Source of the DNA: Octopus sinensis | Taxonomy: Eukaryota | Assembly (NCBI RefSeq): GCF_006345805.1 | Contig: NC_042998.1 | Coordinates: 11,780,001 to 11,844,000, forward strand | Reading direction: 5' to 3' | Length of the DNA stretch: 64,000 nt | In this document: positions 39,103 to 52,072 of the stretch, one piece after another | Layout of the letters: every line of letters starts with the position of its first letter | How positions within the stretch are numbered: the first letter of the stretch is position 1 | Program-made: the position numbers and the translations under genes | Notes under the pieces: model-generated | What the model was told of the DNA's origin: nothing | The model's database searches: none | Seen by the model: only the letters and a program-made list of their open reading frames with translations

Positions 39103-40356
39103 ACAGTGGAAGTAAAAATCGGATGCTCGCATCTTTCTCCAAATGGATAAATGTTCACATAATTCCTTCAATAGTCATAATAATAAGTCGCTCCCGTTGT
39201 GACCATGCCGCCATTTTTGCATGACATGTTGTGTCTGAACTTACACTATTCAATATGTCCCTTAATTTTTTTAAGACAAGAGGGTATAAATAAGAGAGAT
39301 GTGGGGACTACTTCTAATAAACCGAAGAGTTACATATGTTTCCTCGTTGGTAATTTGTCTATGTTACTACACAGACTACAGTCATCTTCAAAATTGTTCC
39401 TACCCTTGATATCAGAAGATATCCAACTCAATTCATAAGACGCTTTGCATGAGAAAGAAGAGTTCCAGCTATAATAGTTCAGACAATGGTGACAGAAGAC
39501 TTGAAAATGTAATCGTAAATGAGATTTGTGAGGTACCTTGTTGCGCCAGGACAAAAGGCTACAAGTTGGGAGAGGGCAAAGATCATCTTGAACAAAGTGA
39601 AGCATAATCCTAGAGTGATCTTTTACACAGAAGAGAAAACATTTCACCAAAGATAAGCACACACATAGACACAACAGGCGAGTTCTCGCTTCACACTCTC
39701 ACAAGAGAGCCAACGATGTTATTTTCTGGTGCAAAACCACGCAAAGGTGATGATTTTTTGCCTGAGTAGTATTTGATAGCAAGAAGATACCATTGATCAT
39801 ACTTGCGAAGGCTGAGGGATTGACAGGAGTTAATTATGTTCAGGTTTTGAAAATTTTAAAGACCTGGATTCTTTCTGAATATTCTGAGGCAAGAGATGAG
39901 GGGAAACTCAACAACTTCACTAAGAACTTGACATTTACATTCCAGGAAGATGGAGCTCCTTGTCACACAAGTGTAGTGGCTCAAAAATCTCTCAGAGATG
40001 AGTTTGGGAGCAGGTTTTGTGATAAGGACTCTTGACCTCTTTCATCACCTGATTTGAATCCTTTAGACTTAAGTATTTGGAATTACCTAGTCAGAAAAGC
40101 CTGTGAGAATCCCCACAATAACCTGCAAACCCTCAAAAACACTATCCGTAGGATGTAGGAAGAGAACATTGATGAGGAATTCATTAAGAAAGCTTGTGAT
40201 GCAGTCAGGGAGAGGGTTGAGGGGGGTCATTGACAAAAGAGGAGCAACTCCTAATGCCTAACATTTAGGATTGTGGTCACGATTGTCTCTGGCACTTGAA
40301 ATAAGACTTTAAATATTCCTTTAAACATTGTTCCAATCCTTTCTGAGCATTCGATC
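39103..40356 (+). mobile_element. Degenerate maT-like (DDxD) transposon
   Basis: FTFQEDGAPCHT...*PLSSPDLNPLDLSIW. TA-CAGTG left end; partial TIR match tcggatgctc / gagcattcga. Confidence 0.8.
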
Positions 40357-40938
40357 CTGAGTTAAGGTTAATTATTTTTGAAAATGTCATTTTCGTCCAT
40401 GATCAACTTCATCACGATTCTTCAGTTGACCTCGGAGTGTAATTCTTGCTCAAAGTACAGTCCAATAGTGTTAGAGAAACTTCTGATAATTCAATTAAGT
40501 TATCTTTAATCATTCCTGAGATGCAAACATTCGAAATTGAATCTAAAATTTGGACAATTTTTCTGGTACACCCGGTATATACTCACAAATTTATATAGTA
40601 TGTTCCCTACATACCTTGCAGTCTCTACATTGGATGCTGCATATTCAATTGGATGCTGAACCATGACAGATCACTAAAGAAATACTTTATTGCATTATGT
40701 TACAACGATCAAATGAAGCAATCAATGTATTTTGGATAACGTGTAATAGAGTATGTCCTAAGGACGTTGTAGCTTCTGTCACACAATTTCCCATTTATTC
40801 CAGTTTCTATTTTCTATCAACGGTGATATGAGAAAGTGTTATTTGATTATAATTATGCACTTTATTTGTATTGCACATTGCACACTATGATGTACAAAAT
40901 TTGAACTCCTTGGTTAAGGTATACATAAGAACATTTCA

Positions 40939-40979
<41 letters not shown>

Positions 40980-40984
<5 letters not shown>

Positions 40985-41187
40985 GCATCCTTTTTGTCTT
41001 GGGAGACAATGGAGTTGCGCATAAAGTAGTCTAGTCCGGCTTTTACATATATAAATATATATATATATATATAGTAGTCTAGTCCGGCTTTTATATATAT
41101 ATATTATATATATATATATATATAGTTATATATATATATATAGTTATATATATATATATATATAAAGTAGTCTAGTCCGGCTTTTAT
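40980..41187 (-). mobile_element. RTE 3' tail fragment in (TA)n with a thrice-repeated 21-bp unit
   Basis: Reverse complement of the tail of the 14070 element; agtagtctagtccggctttta x3. Confidence 0.85.
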
Positions 41188-41624
41188 ATATATATATATA
41201 TAATATATATAGTTATTTTTGATCATGTATATATTTATGTTGATGTTGTGAACTGTTAAAGAATTATTTCAATTACTTTTGCTCTAGCCCGAAATAATTA
41301 ACAAAGATAATTAGTGAAACTTCTGCAAGAAAGTACTGCACCAATTTTATTTTGCGTAGCCTACCTGTCAAACATTTGCAGTCGTCCATGAACAAATTTT
41401 GACTGCCTTTAGTACAGGCAATATACGCCTACATCAAATGAAATGATTCAATTACTCGTCAATGAGAGTAAAGAAAAGCAATTAAGAAAATTAGAAGCCA
41501 GAAATTACCAAAATGTAAAAGTTAATGCTTTCACAACACAAAAGAGGAAGAAAATCAATACTAAAAATATACGTGAAAGAGAATGGTTTAAACAAAATTA
41601 GAACAGTTACAATAATTTGGCGTG

Positions 41625-41767
41625 TATATTCCACCGAGGTAGACTTTGCCTTTCATCCTTTTGAAGTCAATAAATTAAGTACCAGTTGCGTATTGGGGTC
41701 GATCTAATCGACTGGCTCCCTCCTCACCAGAAATTTCGAGCCTTGTGCCTAGAGCAGAAAAGAATAT
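41625..41767 (+). mobile_element. SINE family B 3' half
   Basis: Similarity to the 7335 copy. Confidence 0.85.
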
Positions 41768-42096
41768 TTTGGTGTGTATCTATACAGTTTCTATCTCTTT
41801 ATTTTTTCTAATAATTTTGGGTCAAACCAAATATCAAGTGATAGTTTTCTAATATGCCACGTAATATGATCGAACGCATAACATCGTGATAGCAAAAGGA
41901 ACTTCATTGCCGTACGGCTATTCTGACGTCTTCAGGTAAATAGGTTAACCGCTATATCTTTTTACAGCTTGCTAGAGATTGCAGCTGCACTTTATTGAAA
42001 TATCACTCATATTCTCCTGAAATGACACCTTACAAGGTTAAAAAGGAGATATTCGATAATGTGCTTGATAAATTCTAGGAAAATAAAATAGTTATG

Positions 42097-42446
42097 AAAT
42101 TAATAGTTATCGCCATGCTAATACGGCAGTCTTATAAATATAAGACTAAAGCTGTCGCTGATTAGCTCCAAGAGGCCACCGCCTCAAGCTAGCTATTTGA
42201 AACATGCCTGCAGCTGTCTGAATGGCAGGATGAAGCGGCTGACCTCCCTTGTTCGAAGGTTTGTAATGGACGCAGGTTGTGTGTCAAATAGCTAGCTTGA
42301 GGCGGTGGCCTCTTGGAGCTAATCAGCGACAGCTTTAGTCTTATATTTATAAGACTGCCGTATTAGTATGGCGATAACTATTAATTTTCAGTAACGCTGC
42401 CGTAATCTCCTTTAGAGATACTTAGTAATTTTAATATTTCTATTAT
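42097..42446 (+). mobile_element. Non-autonomous PLE/retrozyme-like insert with 104-bp inverted arms and 13-bp TSD
   Basis: Arms at 42097-42200 and 42284-42387 (one mismatch). TSD taaaatagttatg at 42084-42096 and 42447-42459. HHR 3' half GAAAC-AU-GCC at 42199. Confidence 0.8.
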
Positions 42447-42749
42447 TAAAATAGTTATGGTTGGAACGCTTTGATTGTATATCTGCTTAATAAGGTCTTC
42501 CATGAAACGAAACTATGGACACACTGAATAATTGCTGCATATTTCTAATGGAGACCTACTTTGAGAGTCTGCAATAGGGAGAACTAATTGATACAAGTTT
42601 TGAAGAATTATAACTAGCGAGGTGAGAGCGCTAAGCAGTGAGATGTATAAATGCATTGTTATAACCAATTCGAATATGCTAAAAGCACGTTCACTGTGTT
42701 TTGTCATGGAGAAAATTTTTTGCTGTAGACATATGATGTAAATACCCCA

Positions 42750-42852
42750 ATCAGCTCGCAGCGCCACCTATCCAGACTGTGAGATGCAAGCATTTCAGAA
42801 GAGTTATCTCCTCTTTAGTCACAAAAGCCGGACGGTGGCGCTGCAAGCTGAT
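42750..42852. repeat. Short GC-rich inverted repeat (MITE-like)
   Basis: atcagctcgcagcgccacc ... ggtggcgctgcaagctgat, with an inner tgtga/tcaca pair. Confidence 0.7.
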
Positions 42853-43599
42853 AAGAGAGACGATTTGTCTTATGTTTTTCCAGAGGGAGAAAGGTAATAT
42901 TGACTTAGGCCGGAATCGATCTCAGGCTACAGAGAGCTGAAGGGAGGAATACAAAAATCGGATGCTTTCATGATGATGTCAGTTCGCCGCTTTACGCTTT
43001 GGACCTAACATGAAAAAGAATTAATACGGTGCACTTCACATATAGGTAAAGGCCGTGAAGAAACAAAGTATTTCACTATTATCAAATGCATTAGATTGTT
43101 AACATTGTTATTCATTGATATCATTGTTATACCTTGGTGTATGTAACAAAATTGCAGCGAACCGGCTTTATTCGGGAAGTAAAATCGTGTTGCGATGTGA
43201 ACCTCTATAGTTCCTGAATTAAGAAATGATGGTTGTAATACTAGCAATTATACAGGCAATTCTGTAATACAGACCTAAGCTGTTGAAAAGTTATTTTTAT
43301 AACACTGTTTCAATTTCTCTTCTTAGCTTCAAGTATATCGCTAATATCGTACTTATATGGATTATCAAATTATTAGGACATCAAACAAAGTGCCTTCAGT
43401 ATAAGTTCAACTTCTACTGAAAAAAGATTGTTTTCCATCATTCTGGAGAACGATAAAATAAAGTACCTGTTATGTAATCGATTGATTCAAGATGTCTCAC
43501 CGCAAATGCGAAACTTTGTGCCTATGTTAGAAATTAATACTATAGAACTTTGATAATTGCGTCTCATTCAGAAATCATGGGCTTCGTGTCGATCTAAAG

Positions 43600-44792
43600 T
43601 AGGGATTCTCAACGTTGGCGGTATCGCTCCTAAGGGGGCGCTGGACATGTCTCAGTAGGTATTAGGATTTAGGAGTCAGTGAAGCGGGGTGGTAGTGAGG
43701 TAACATAATTAACATACTAAATTTTACCTTTAGTAGTAATTATATTATATATGATAAAACTAACAATTGCTATAAAAATAAAATTAGAGATATCGTGGCT
43801 AAAGGCGTTTGAACAAGGAAGATTAAGTTTTGATTTTGTATTTCTGTCTTGAATAGTATTTTTAGGCGTGCAGTCTTGCATGTTATCTTCGCATATTGTT
43901 AAAGAAGACACTGAAAGAAGACTTAAGTTTTAAAGAGTTTACTAATATTAGAATATCTGTTTGTGTCATAAATTCATTTCTGTCTAATATATTTTCTGCT
44001 CAACGGAGTTTACATGAAGAAATTATCGACTTAAAAACGGATTTCAAAGCTGAAGTACATTTTTAACAGCTTAGCTATGAATCATTCTGGCCCACGATGC
44101 AAAACAAGTATCCCCAACATTGGCAAGAAATTAAATTACTGTTCATTGCTCTTCCTTCGTCATATTTAATAGAGAAAGGATTCAGTGCGGCGTCGCAATT
44201 GCTGACTATGACACAAAATACATTTGCAATATGCACCCCCCCCCCCCGATTTATGACTTCTTTTGACTAACACTGAACCTGATATAAGGAATTTAGTTAG
44301 ATTTTATCAGGCACAGGGAAGTCATTGACATGCGATATATACTCTCTTTTACTTTTACTTGTTTCAGTCATTTGACTGCGGCCATGCTGGGGCACCGCCT
44401 TTAATCGAGCAACTCGACCCCGGGACTTATTCTTTTTGTAAGCCCAGTACTTATTCTATCGGTCTCTTTTGCCGAACCGCTAAGTAACGGGGACATAAAC
44501 ACACCAGCAACGGTTGTCAAGCAATGCTAGGGGGACAAACACAGACACACAAACACATACACACACATACATATATATATATACATATATACGACAGGCT
44601 TCTTTCAGTTTCCGTCTACCAAATCCACTCACAAGGCATTGGTCGGCCCGGGGCTATAGCAGAAGACACTTGCCCAAGATGCCACGCAGTGGGACTGAAC
44701 CCAGAACCACGTGGTTGGTAAGCAAGCTACTTACCACACAGCCACTCCTGCGCCTACAAAAAAAAAAAATTAAATAAGGTTAAGAACTACTG
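43600..44792 (+). mobile_element. Internally deleted hAT (Charlie-like) transposon with nested SINE
   Basis: TIRs tagggattctcaac / gttaagaactactg; degenerate 8-bp TSD atctaaag / atccagaa; dimerisation-domain remnant ESFWPTMQNKYPQHW...FIALPSSYLIEKGFSA at about 44010-44210. Confidence 0.82.
44341..44754 (-). mobile_element. SINE family A, full length
   Basis: Near identity with other family A copies. Confidence 0.95.
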
Positions 44793-45693
44793 ATCCAGAA
44801 CACCAACTGAAAATTAGGTTCAGTATATCCGTCTTTATTTAGACACTGTTTGTTTTTAGCAAGCTACGTTTTGAAACCGAATAAAATAACATAGCACAAA
44901 TGAGTAAGTAAGCGAACGAATAAACGAGGAAGATAAGAAGAGATAGAGAGAAAGAAGAGAAAACTACGAAACGCACACGTGAGAGAGGGAGAGGGAGAGA
45001 CTGAGTGTGTATTTGTATTTATGTGGCTTGCTATATTTCTATAATTCTCCTGTTGTCGGATAAGTTAGGATTAATCTTACATTAACTTTCATCAGCTTAG
45101 GCAATCAATATACTGGTTAGCTGTAGTAAAGATAGCGTTGATGAGGTTGATGATGACGATGATGATGATGATTATAACACGGACGTCGACTTCCTTATCG
45201 ATGGGGTTAATATTCATCAGTCATTTATTTGCAACATGCATCATAAAATAAGAGTAAAGTACATCAGTAATATGATAGGCATACAAAAACAAAAATCAAA
45301 TAAATATATAACTATAAACAACATATATCTTTTAAGATTACAAAAATAACAAAAAAAAAAGAAAAAAAAACAGAATTCTAAATAGGATTCTTTCAAGAGG
45401 CAAAATGCTAATAACACACGGGTTTAATCATGCTCCCATTTTCATGGTTTCTCAGACGAAAAGATTAAGTCGCACAGATATATATGTTGAGTACTGAAGA
45501 GAAAGCTAGCAATTTTACAGCTAATAAAGATGCCAAAGAGCGCCGTGATCAAAATGTAGCGAGACTTTGCAATCAAAATGAATTAATCGAAAAGAAAAAG
45601 TTAACGTTGACACAATAATTCAGACTGTCAAATAGGTTGAATATTTGGCATGTGTGCGTGCGTGCGCGTGTGTGTGCGTGTCCGTACCTGGGC

Positions 45694-46187
45694 ATGTATG
45701 TATGTATGTATGTATGTATGTATGTATGTATGTATTATGTATGTATGTATGTATATATGTATGTATGTATGTATGTATGCATGCATGCATGCATGCATGC
45801 ATGTATGTATGTATGTATGTATGTATGTATGTATGTATGTGTGAGTACGTATGTATGTATGCATGCATGCATGTATGTATGTATGTATGTATGCATGTAT
45901 GTATGCATGCATGCATGTATGTATGTATGTATGTATGTATGTATGTATGCATGCATGCATGTATGCATGCATGTATGCATGTATGTATGTATATATGTAT
46001 GTATGTGTGAGTACGTATGTATGTATGCATGCATGTATGTATGTATGTATGTATGTATGTATTTATGTATGTATGCATGCATGCATGTATGCATGCATGT
46101 ATGTATATATGTATGTATGTATGTATGTGTGAGTAGGTATGCATGCATGCATGCATGCATGTATGTATGTATGTATGTATGTATGTA

Positions 46188-46277
<90 letters not shown>

Positions 46278-46278
46278 C

Positions 46279-46319
<41 letters not shown>

Positions 46320-46323
46320 CCTG

Positions 46324-46363
<40 letters not shown>

Positions 46364-46419
46364 CCTGTCTATCTATCTATCTATCTGTCTATCTATCTAT
46401 CTATCTATCTGTCTATCTA

Positions 46420-46458
<39 letters not shown>
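45694..46458. repeat. Long compound (ATGT)n/(ATGC)n then (GTCT)n/(CTAT)n tract
   Basis: Direct inspection; source of many spurious ORFs. Confidence 0.97.
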
Positions 46459-46460
<2 letters not shown>

Positions 46461-46777
46461 ATTGGTCATACATATACATATATTGATATACTACATACAC
46501 ATGTGCGTACGCATACATAGACACACATACATAAAGACACATAACTGCTACATATCGTTGGATTTATCTTGTTTTCTAGTAGTCTTACAGAATTTTTAAT
46601 CCATTTAATAAGGACAATGACAATGGAATTAAACTTTGCAATAAACTTTGATAATTCTAAGTGCCTGTTGTTTCATTGTAGCATATTTTCGTTCACTAAC
46701 AGTAAATACCACACATGTGGACATCACACACTAAATACCACATGTAAATATCACAAAAGCTTAAATACATATTTGTA

Positions 46778-48014
46778 TTGGGTCATCCCATAAATAATAT
46801 TTATTTCTTACTTACCCACAGGGGGTAAAACATAGAGAGAACAAACAAGGACAGACAAAGAGATTAAGTCTATTACATCGACCCCGATGTACTTAACTGT
46901 TACTTAGTTTATCGACCCCGAAAGGATAAAAGGCAAAGTTGACCTCGCGGAATTTGAATTCATAACGTAATGACAGACGAATTACCGCTAAGTATTTCGC
47001 CCAGCATGCTAACGTTTCTGTCAGCTCACGAGAAACATTAATGCTTTATATGGCGATCGGACAATAAGCGTAAGCCAGTGTCAACGGTGTTTCTAGAAAT
47101 TCCGGGCCGGAAACTACAGTCTAGAAGACGAGCCTCGCCCTGAAAGATCTGTAGAGCTCTACGAGGACGTTCTACAAACCATGGTGGAACAAAGTCGCAT
47201 CGTAATTGTAGTGGAACTAGTATGGAGGCTTGGATTTGGTCATTCAACCAATCATCGACACCTGCGTGCCATCGGAAAAGCCAGCTAATTGGGTCAATGG
47301 ATTCCTCACAAACTTTCCTAGTCTAATTGCGTGCAGAGAATGACTTTACTCTTCTTTGATGTCATGTCTCACGAATGAACCTTTTTTAGACCGAATAGTG
47401 ACTGGTGAGGAGAAATGGGTTCTCTATAGAAATGTCAAGCGCCGAAGACAGTAGGTAGGGAAAGGGGAAACCCCAGCACTTCAGGCTAAAGAAAGTCTTC
47501 CCCCACGTAAAGTGTTGTTATCTGTTTGGCGAAATATGAAATGTTTGAACTTTAAAACCCAAGCCAAACGATAACAAAGGACATCTACTGCGAGCAGCCA
47601 GAAGCGCTAGAAGAAAAACGACATCTTTGATTTCAAGACGAAAGGTATTCTTCCATCAGGATAATGATTAGTTTATATACAGCGAGAACAACATTCCGAA
47701 GGCCGGAACAGTTTGAATGGGTAACGATGCGCCACCCAGCGGACATTGTCCCATATGATTATCATTTACTCTGAAAATCATTTGGATTGAAAAAATATGA
47801 ATTCTGTAGACGAGATCAGAACAGTACTGGAAGAGATTTTTCATTAGGAGGAAGTGAATTTTGGAAGACGGGCCTTGCAAGTCTAACAGAAAGATGGAAG
47901 AGCATCGTAGAAAATGAAGGTGAGTATATTTTAGATTAAAAAGGAACTTTTTTTATCTTAATTTTGAAAATTAAAAGAAGTATAACAATCTGCATTATCT
48001 ATGGGGTGACCCAA
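46778..48014 (+). mobile_element. Degenerate mariner transposon with TA TSD and nested SINE
   Basis: TIRs ttgggtcatcccataaataat / attatctatggggtgacccaa; FLDRIVTGEEKWVLY, KVLLSVW and FHQDN motifs. Confidence 0.88.
46810..47030 (-). mobile_element. SINE family B variant nested in the mariner
   Basis: Reverse complement of the family B head and central domain, with a different tail. Confidence 0.8.
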
Positions 48015-50417
48015 TATAATTAAGCGAATTTTTAAGACGAATATATTGCAATATCACTTCACTTAGACATTTTTTAAATATATGTCCTACAAATTATGAT
48101 TCACTAGAACACGAGTATATAAACATTTATTAAAACATATATATAATTAATACGATAATATGGAGAATTATTGGCTATACAGATCGCACTTATTACTTAG
48201 AGTAAAATTAATATTTATACACCAATAATTACTTATGAATTTATTAACAAATAAGCTCTTTTTTATGGTGAACTGTAATAATATTATATTTAGCATAATT
48301 TACGAAAAAGAAAATTAATGTCATCTTACCAACCATAAACAGAGTATATACTTGACAGAATTTTGATCCGTTTCTCCTCATATACTGAATTACTTACGAA
48401 TGTCGAATAAAGTGCTAATGTGGAATTTATGAGGTTAATTCGATATGCGAAGGGTTATCATATATCTCACTCTTGGATAATTAACTTATTGCATTATCAT
48501 GCAACACATATTGAGCTCTTCAACTCAAGATCACCGATAAAAATATAATCTTATAAAACATTTAACAATCTTGTTTATGTAACATCAATTTTTGAAACAG
48601 TCTTCTGTCGAACCGGTGCTTATATTCTGCTTCTGATAGAGTTAAGCAGAGGATATATAAGTATCCTTCAAAATGTTATCCTGTCATGGAAAGGTATTCC
48701 TGGGGGATAAAGTCAGAAGCATCAAATCCAGCGTTGTTAATGATTACAAAGACAGACCAAAACAACGTCATGTTATTAACTTACCCTCTGTCTTTTAACA
48801 GGTTTTCCCCCTAAATGCTTCACAACCACCATAGAATGACGTGAAATAAAACTGGGGTAGATGCTTCTACAGGGTGAGTGACAATATGCATTGCCAGATA
48901 TTGTAGTAAATCAGCTATTCTCGAGTTTCTTTAAGGCCAGAGAAAATCTTATTGATAGTTTACAAAACTGAAACGGGGTTCACAATAGATTATTTCATGT
49001 TTCGTGGGTTATCTTTTACTTTTTTCACTCATTGGAGTGAAATATATTAAAGACTGATACATATTCGATTGGTTTCTTTTTGCCGGAAATCTTTATTAGT
49101 AATCGAAAGTAAAATGGAAATCGATTGTAACTACCACTCTGTATAAATAAGTGATTTAGTTTTGAGTAATTTATGGCTAATTTCACTCATAGAAATGTGT
49201 ATCTAGTATAGTAATTGCACCAAAGCGTCAAGAAGGAGACATGAGTTCGTGTCTTATTGTACGCTTAGATTTGATTATCTTTCAGATATGTCGATTCGGT
49301 TTGGCGTTTTCATAAATTTTACAACTAAACAGTATGGCTTCACTAAATAGGACTGTATCGAGGATCCGTCCACGTGGAGATAGAATGGAGACATTAGATG
49401 CATATGAATGATATGATTTTGTTAGTGTTTTAGTATTCCGAAAGTAAAAGATTGTTTACATTGTTGAACACCAATGAGAACACACCCCGAACGCATTGTT
49501 GCAAAGCGAACTTCCTAATTGCACAGCTATGTTTAGCTCCCAACAGCTATGTTTAATTCCACAACATTTCTTCCATATATGAACGTAAACAAAATGCAGA
49601 ACGCAGATAAATAAGGCGGCAGAGTAACGTATTGTGTCATGGATGCCGAATGGTTTATCCAGCTAGATCAGCTTTTGTATATACAAACAATAATACCACC
49701 AAAAAGCAAATATGTCAGCCATTCTGCCAAGTTGAGATTCTGAGGAGAGAGAGGTGTTCACAAATGTATCATAAGTATTTTGCTTAAGATATCTTTGATC
49801 AAATTTCTGTCCCACCTATGAGACTCCCAGTTACATTTCCATTAATATTCTCCAATTTATCCAATATACAGCAAAGAAATGAAGAAGAAAATGAGGAATA
49901 ACGATACACCAGAGAATTGCAATCGACTACAATCAGTAAGATATAAGCACTGTAAAATATCATAACTTTCATCAAAAGCACTTTTCTATAAAACAGTCTA
50001 GGCATTCTTTTTATTTAAGTGCCTTGGCTGCATAGAAATACATTATCCACCGAAGAACTGGACACTAGGTCTTGACTATATAGTAATTAACTCTCAATTC
50101 AATTTATTATTCCATTTAGCCTTCAATAACCAGCGATATTTCTTGTTATATTAAACATGTATATTCCTTCAATATCTTTCTATCATTTCTGGTTAATGCT
50201 CTCAAATGTCAGTAAATACTAACCTTGATTGCGAGCCAAGAAATCTTTTATCTATTGATCAGAGGCTTTGTCAGGGAAGAGATTTAGTTTTCAAGGACCT
50301 GATGCTTACTAGGGAATTAAATTCATTTAAAGATCAAAGAAAAAAAGTACGCATATCTCTTGGCAGCAATATTAATTATTAATATTAAAGCACGTTTAAA
50401 TTGTAAGCGAAACTTGT

Positions 50418-50606
50418 AGTGGTAATGTGGATAATGATGATGGTGATGACGATGATGATGATACTGATAGTGTTGGTAGGGATGATTATGGTAATTGAAA
50501 TGAACAAAGCTGCTACTGCTCCAGCTGCTTCACCTGCTGTTGCTACTGTTGCTATTGCTACTATTGTTGCTGCTGCTGATGATGATGACGATGACGATGA
50601 TGATGA
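50418..50606. repeat. Degenerate (GAT)n/(GCT)n tract
   Basis: Direct inspection. Confidence 0.8.
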
Positions 50607-52033
50607 GGTTCAATGACATCAGTCATCTTTGATTGAGAGGCGCTCCATTACATTTATGTAGCTAATCCAGTCTCGAGGATAAGCATTAGCTAACTGAGAC
50701 ATTTTTTTCGATAGAACCTTATCAGGAAGTCGTTGTTCAAATTGTGAATGTGCTAGCCTTAATGATAAGTTTTTGAGGAGATAAATAGAACATATCAATC
50801 TTTCCGTGTGCTTTATTGATATGATTCATTTCTTTACCCCAACAAAGCCACACAAAAGAAGAGATAAATATAAAACAATGAAATCAATCCAATATATGAC
50901 CGAACTGATATTTATTTTTCTTCACCTCTAAATGTTTGAAAAGCAAAGTTGACTTGAATTATATTTCAAGATAGAACAAAGGCGGATAATCTAAATAGCG
51001 GTATTAATATCATCTAATATGTTACCCTTACACCACTACATTATTGACATTATATATACATGAAGTGCTATCGTTACATTACATACTTGAGATCCCATTC
51101 TATTTTGGTTTCTCACTGATCAATAGATAACAAGATGAAGATAAAAGTTACTTCATCTAGTTATGATTATGCTGATATTATTGTTGAAATTTAAAATTTG
51201 GATTTCATGGATGTGATTCAAGTGACCAGAGAGAAGTTTCTTGGGGGTAATAAATATGAAATCAAAATTACTAATTTGTTTGAAAACTTTGTTATCTAGG
51301 TATTAAATACGATCTTTTTTTAGTTTACACTAGCAGAAATAGGCGCGTTCTGTAAGTTCTTGTATACTGTCACACACAGGTAGTGTCTTAAGACGTTTGG
51401 CCCATATTAATATTTAGCGTAGAAATTCAGCTCGCTACAGTGACTTATAATAATAATAAGAATAACTTAGCGATGCCACCTTCATGTAAAACAAGTTAAA
51501 TTAGAGTTATAGGGAGCAATTAAGAATTAAGATGAAATGATGACGAGAAAATATTGATATTAATCAAGGATTAATATTATTCTAATTACTTCGGTCAAGT
51601 ATAGGTAGCACCTTATAACATCACTAGTAAAACATGAAATGAGTATGCTCCGTGGAGAATAGTTTGTGGGTGCTTCGTTTGACTGAAGTCTCTTCTTTGG
51701 ACAAGCTGTTGACCATGATCGGGATTATGGAGTTTGAGGTGTAACCATAAAGCGAAATGTTTCCAATTAGGAATGGAAATTGTATTAAGGATTCTGGAAG
51801 TTGATTTACTGTAGGCATATATTGGGAAAAAGTAAAACATAAATATGTGACGTTACATACACACTTGGTACTTTTAAGAAAAGCAAAGAAAATAAGAAGC
51901 AAAAGATATGACCACAATGGAATTTGAATTCAGGGTGGAAATAGCTCGTCCTTGAATATTTCCCACCAGTTTACTATGCAAATGGTAAAAATATCTGACC
52001 AAAAACTTTGCACTGAAAATCCGATATCGGTGT

Positions 52034-52072
<39 letters not shown>

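Noticed and set aside
41025-41187. Repeat-spacer pattern resembling a CRISPR array
   Set aside because: Spacers are pure (TA)n, the repeat derives from an RTE 3' UTR, the context is eukaryotic and there are no cas genes.
45620-46599. Many long ORFs (up to 320 aa) on both strands
   Set aside because: Translations of tetranucleotide microsatellites (MYVC/YLSI/HTYI repeats); the same holds for the IY-, HT-, poly-N and poly-T ORFs elsewhere.
49799-50005. Hydrophobic 68-aa ORF
   Set aside because: No motif support; expected by chance in T-rich sequence.
51613-51917. Overlapping 75- and 97-aa minus-strand ORFs
   Set aside because: No recognisable domain and weak splice signals; compatible with chance or a decayed retroelement.
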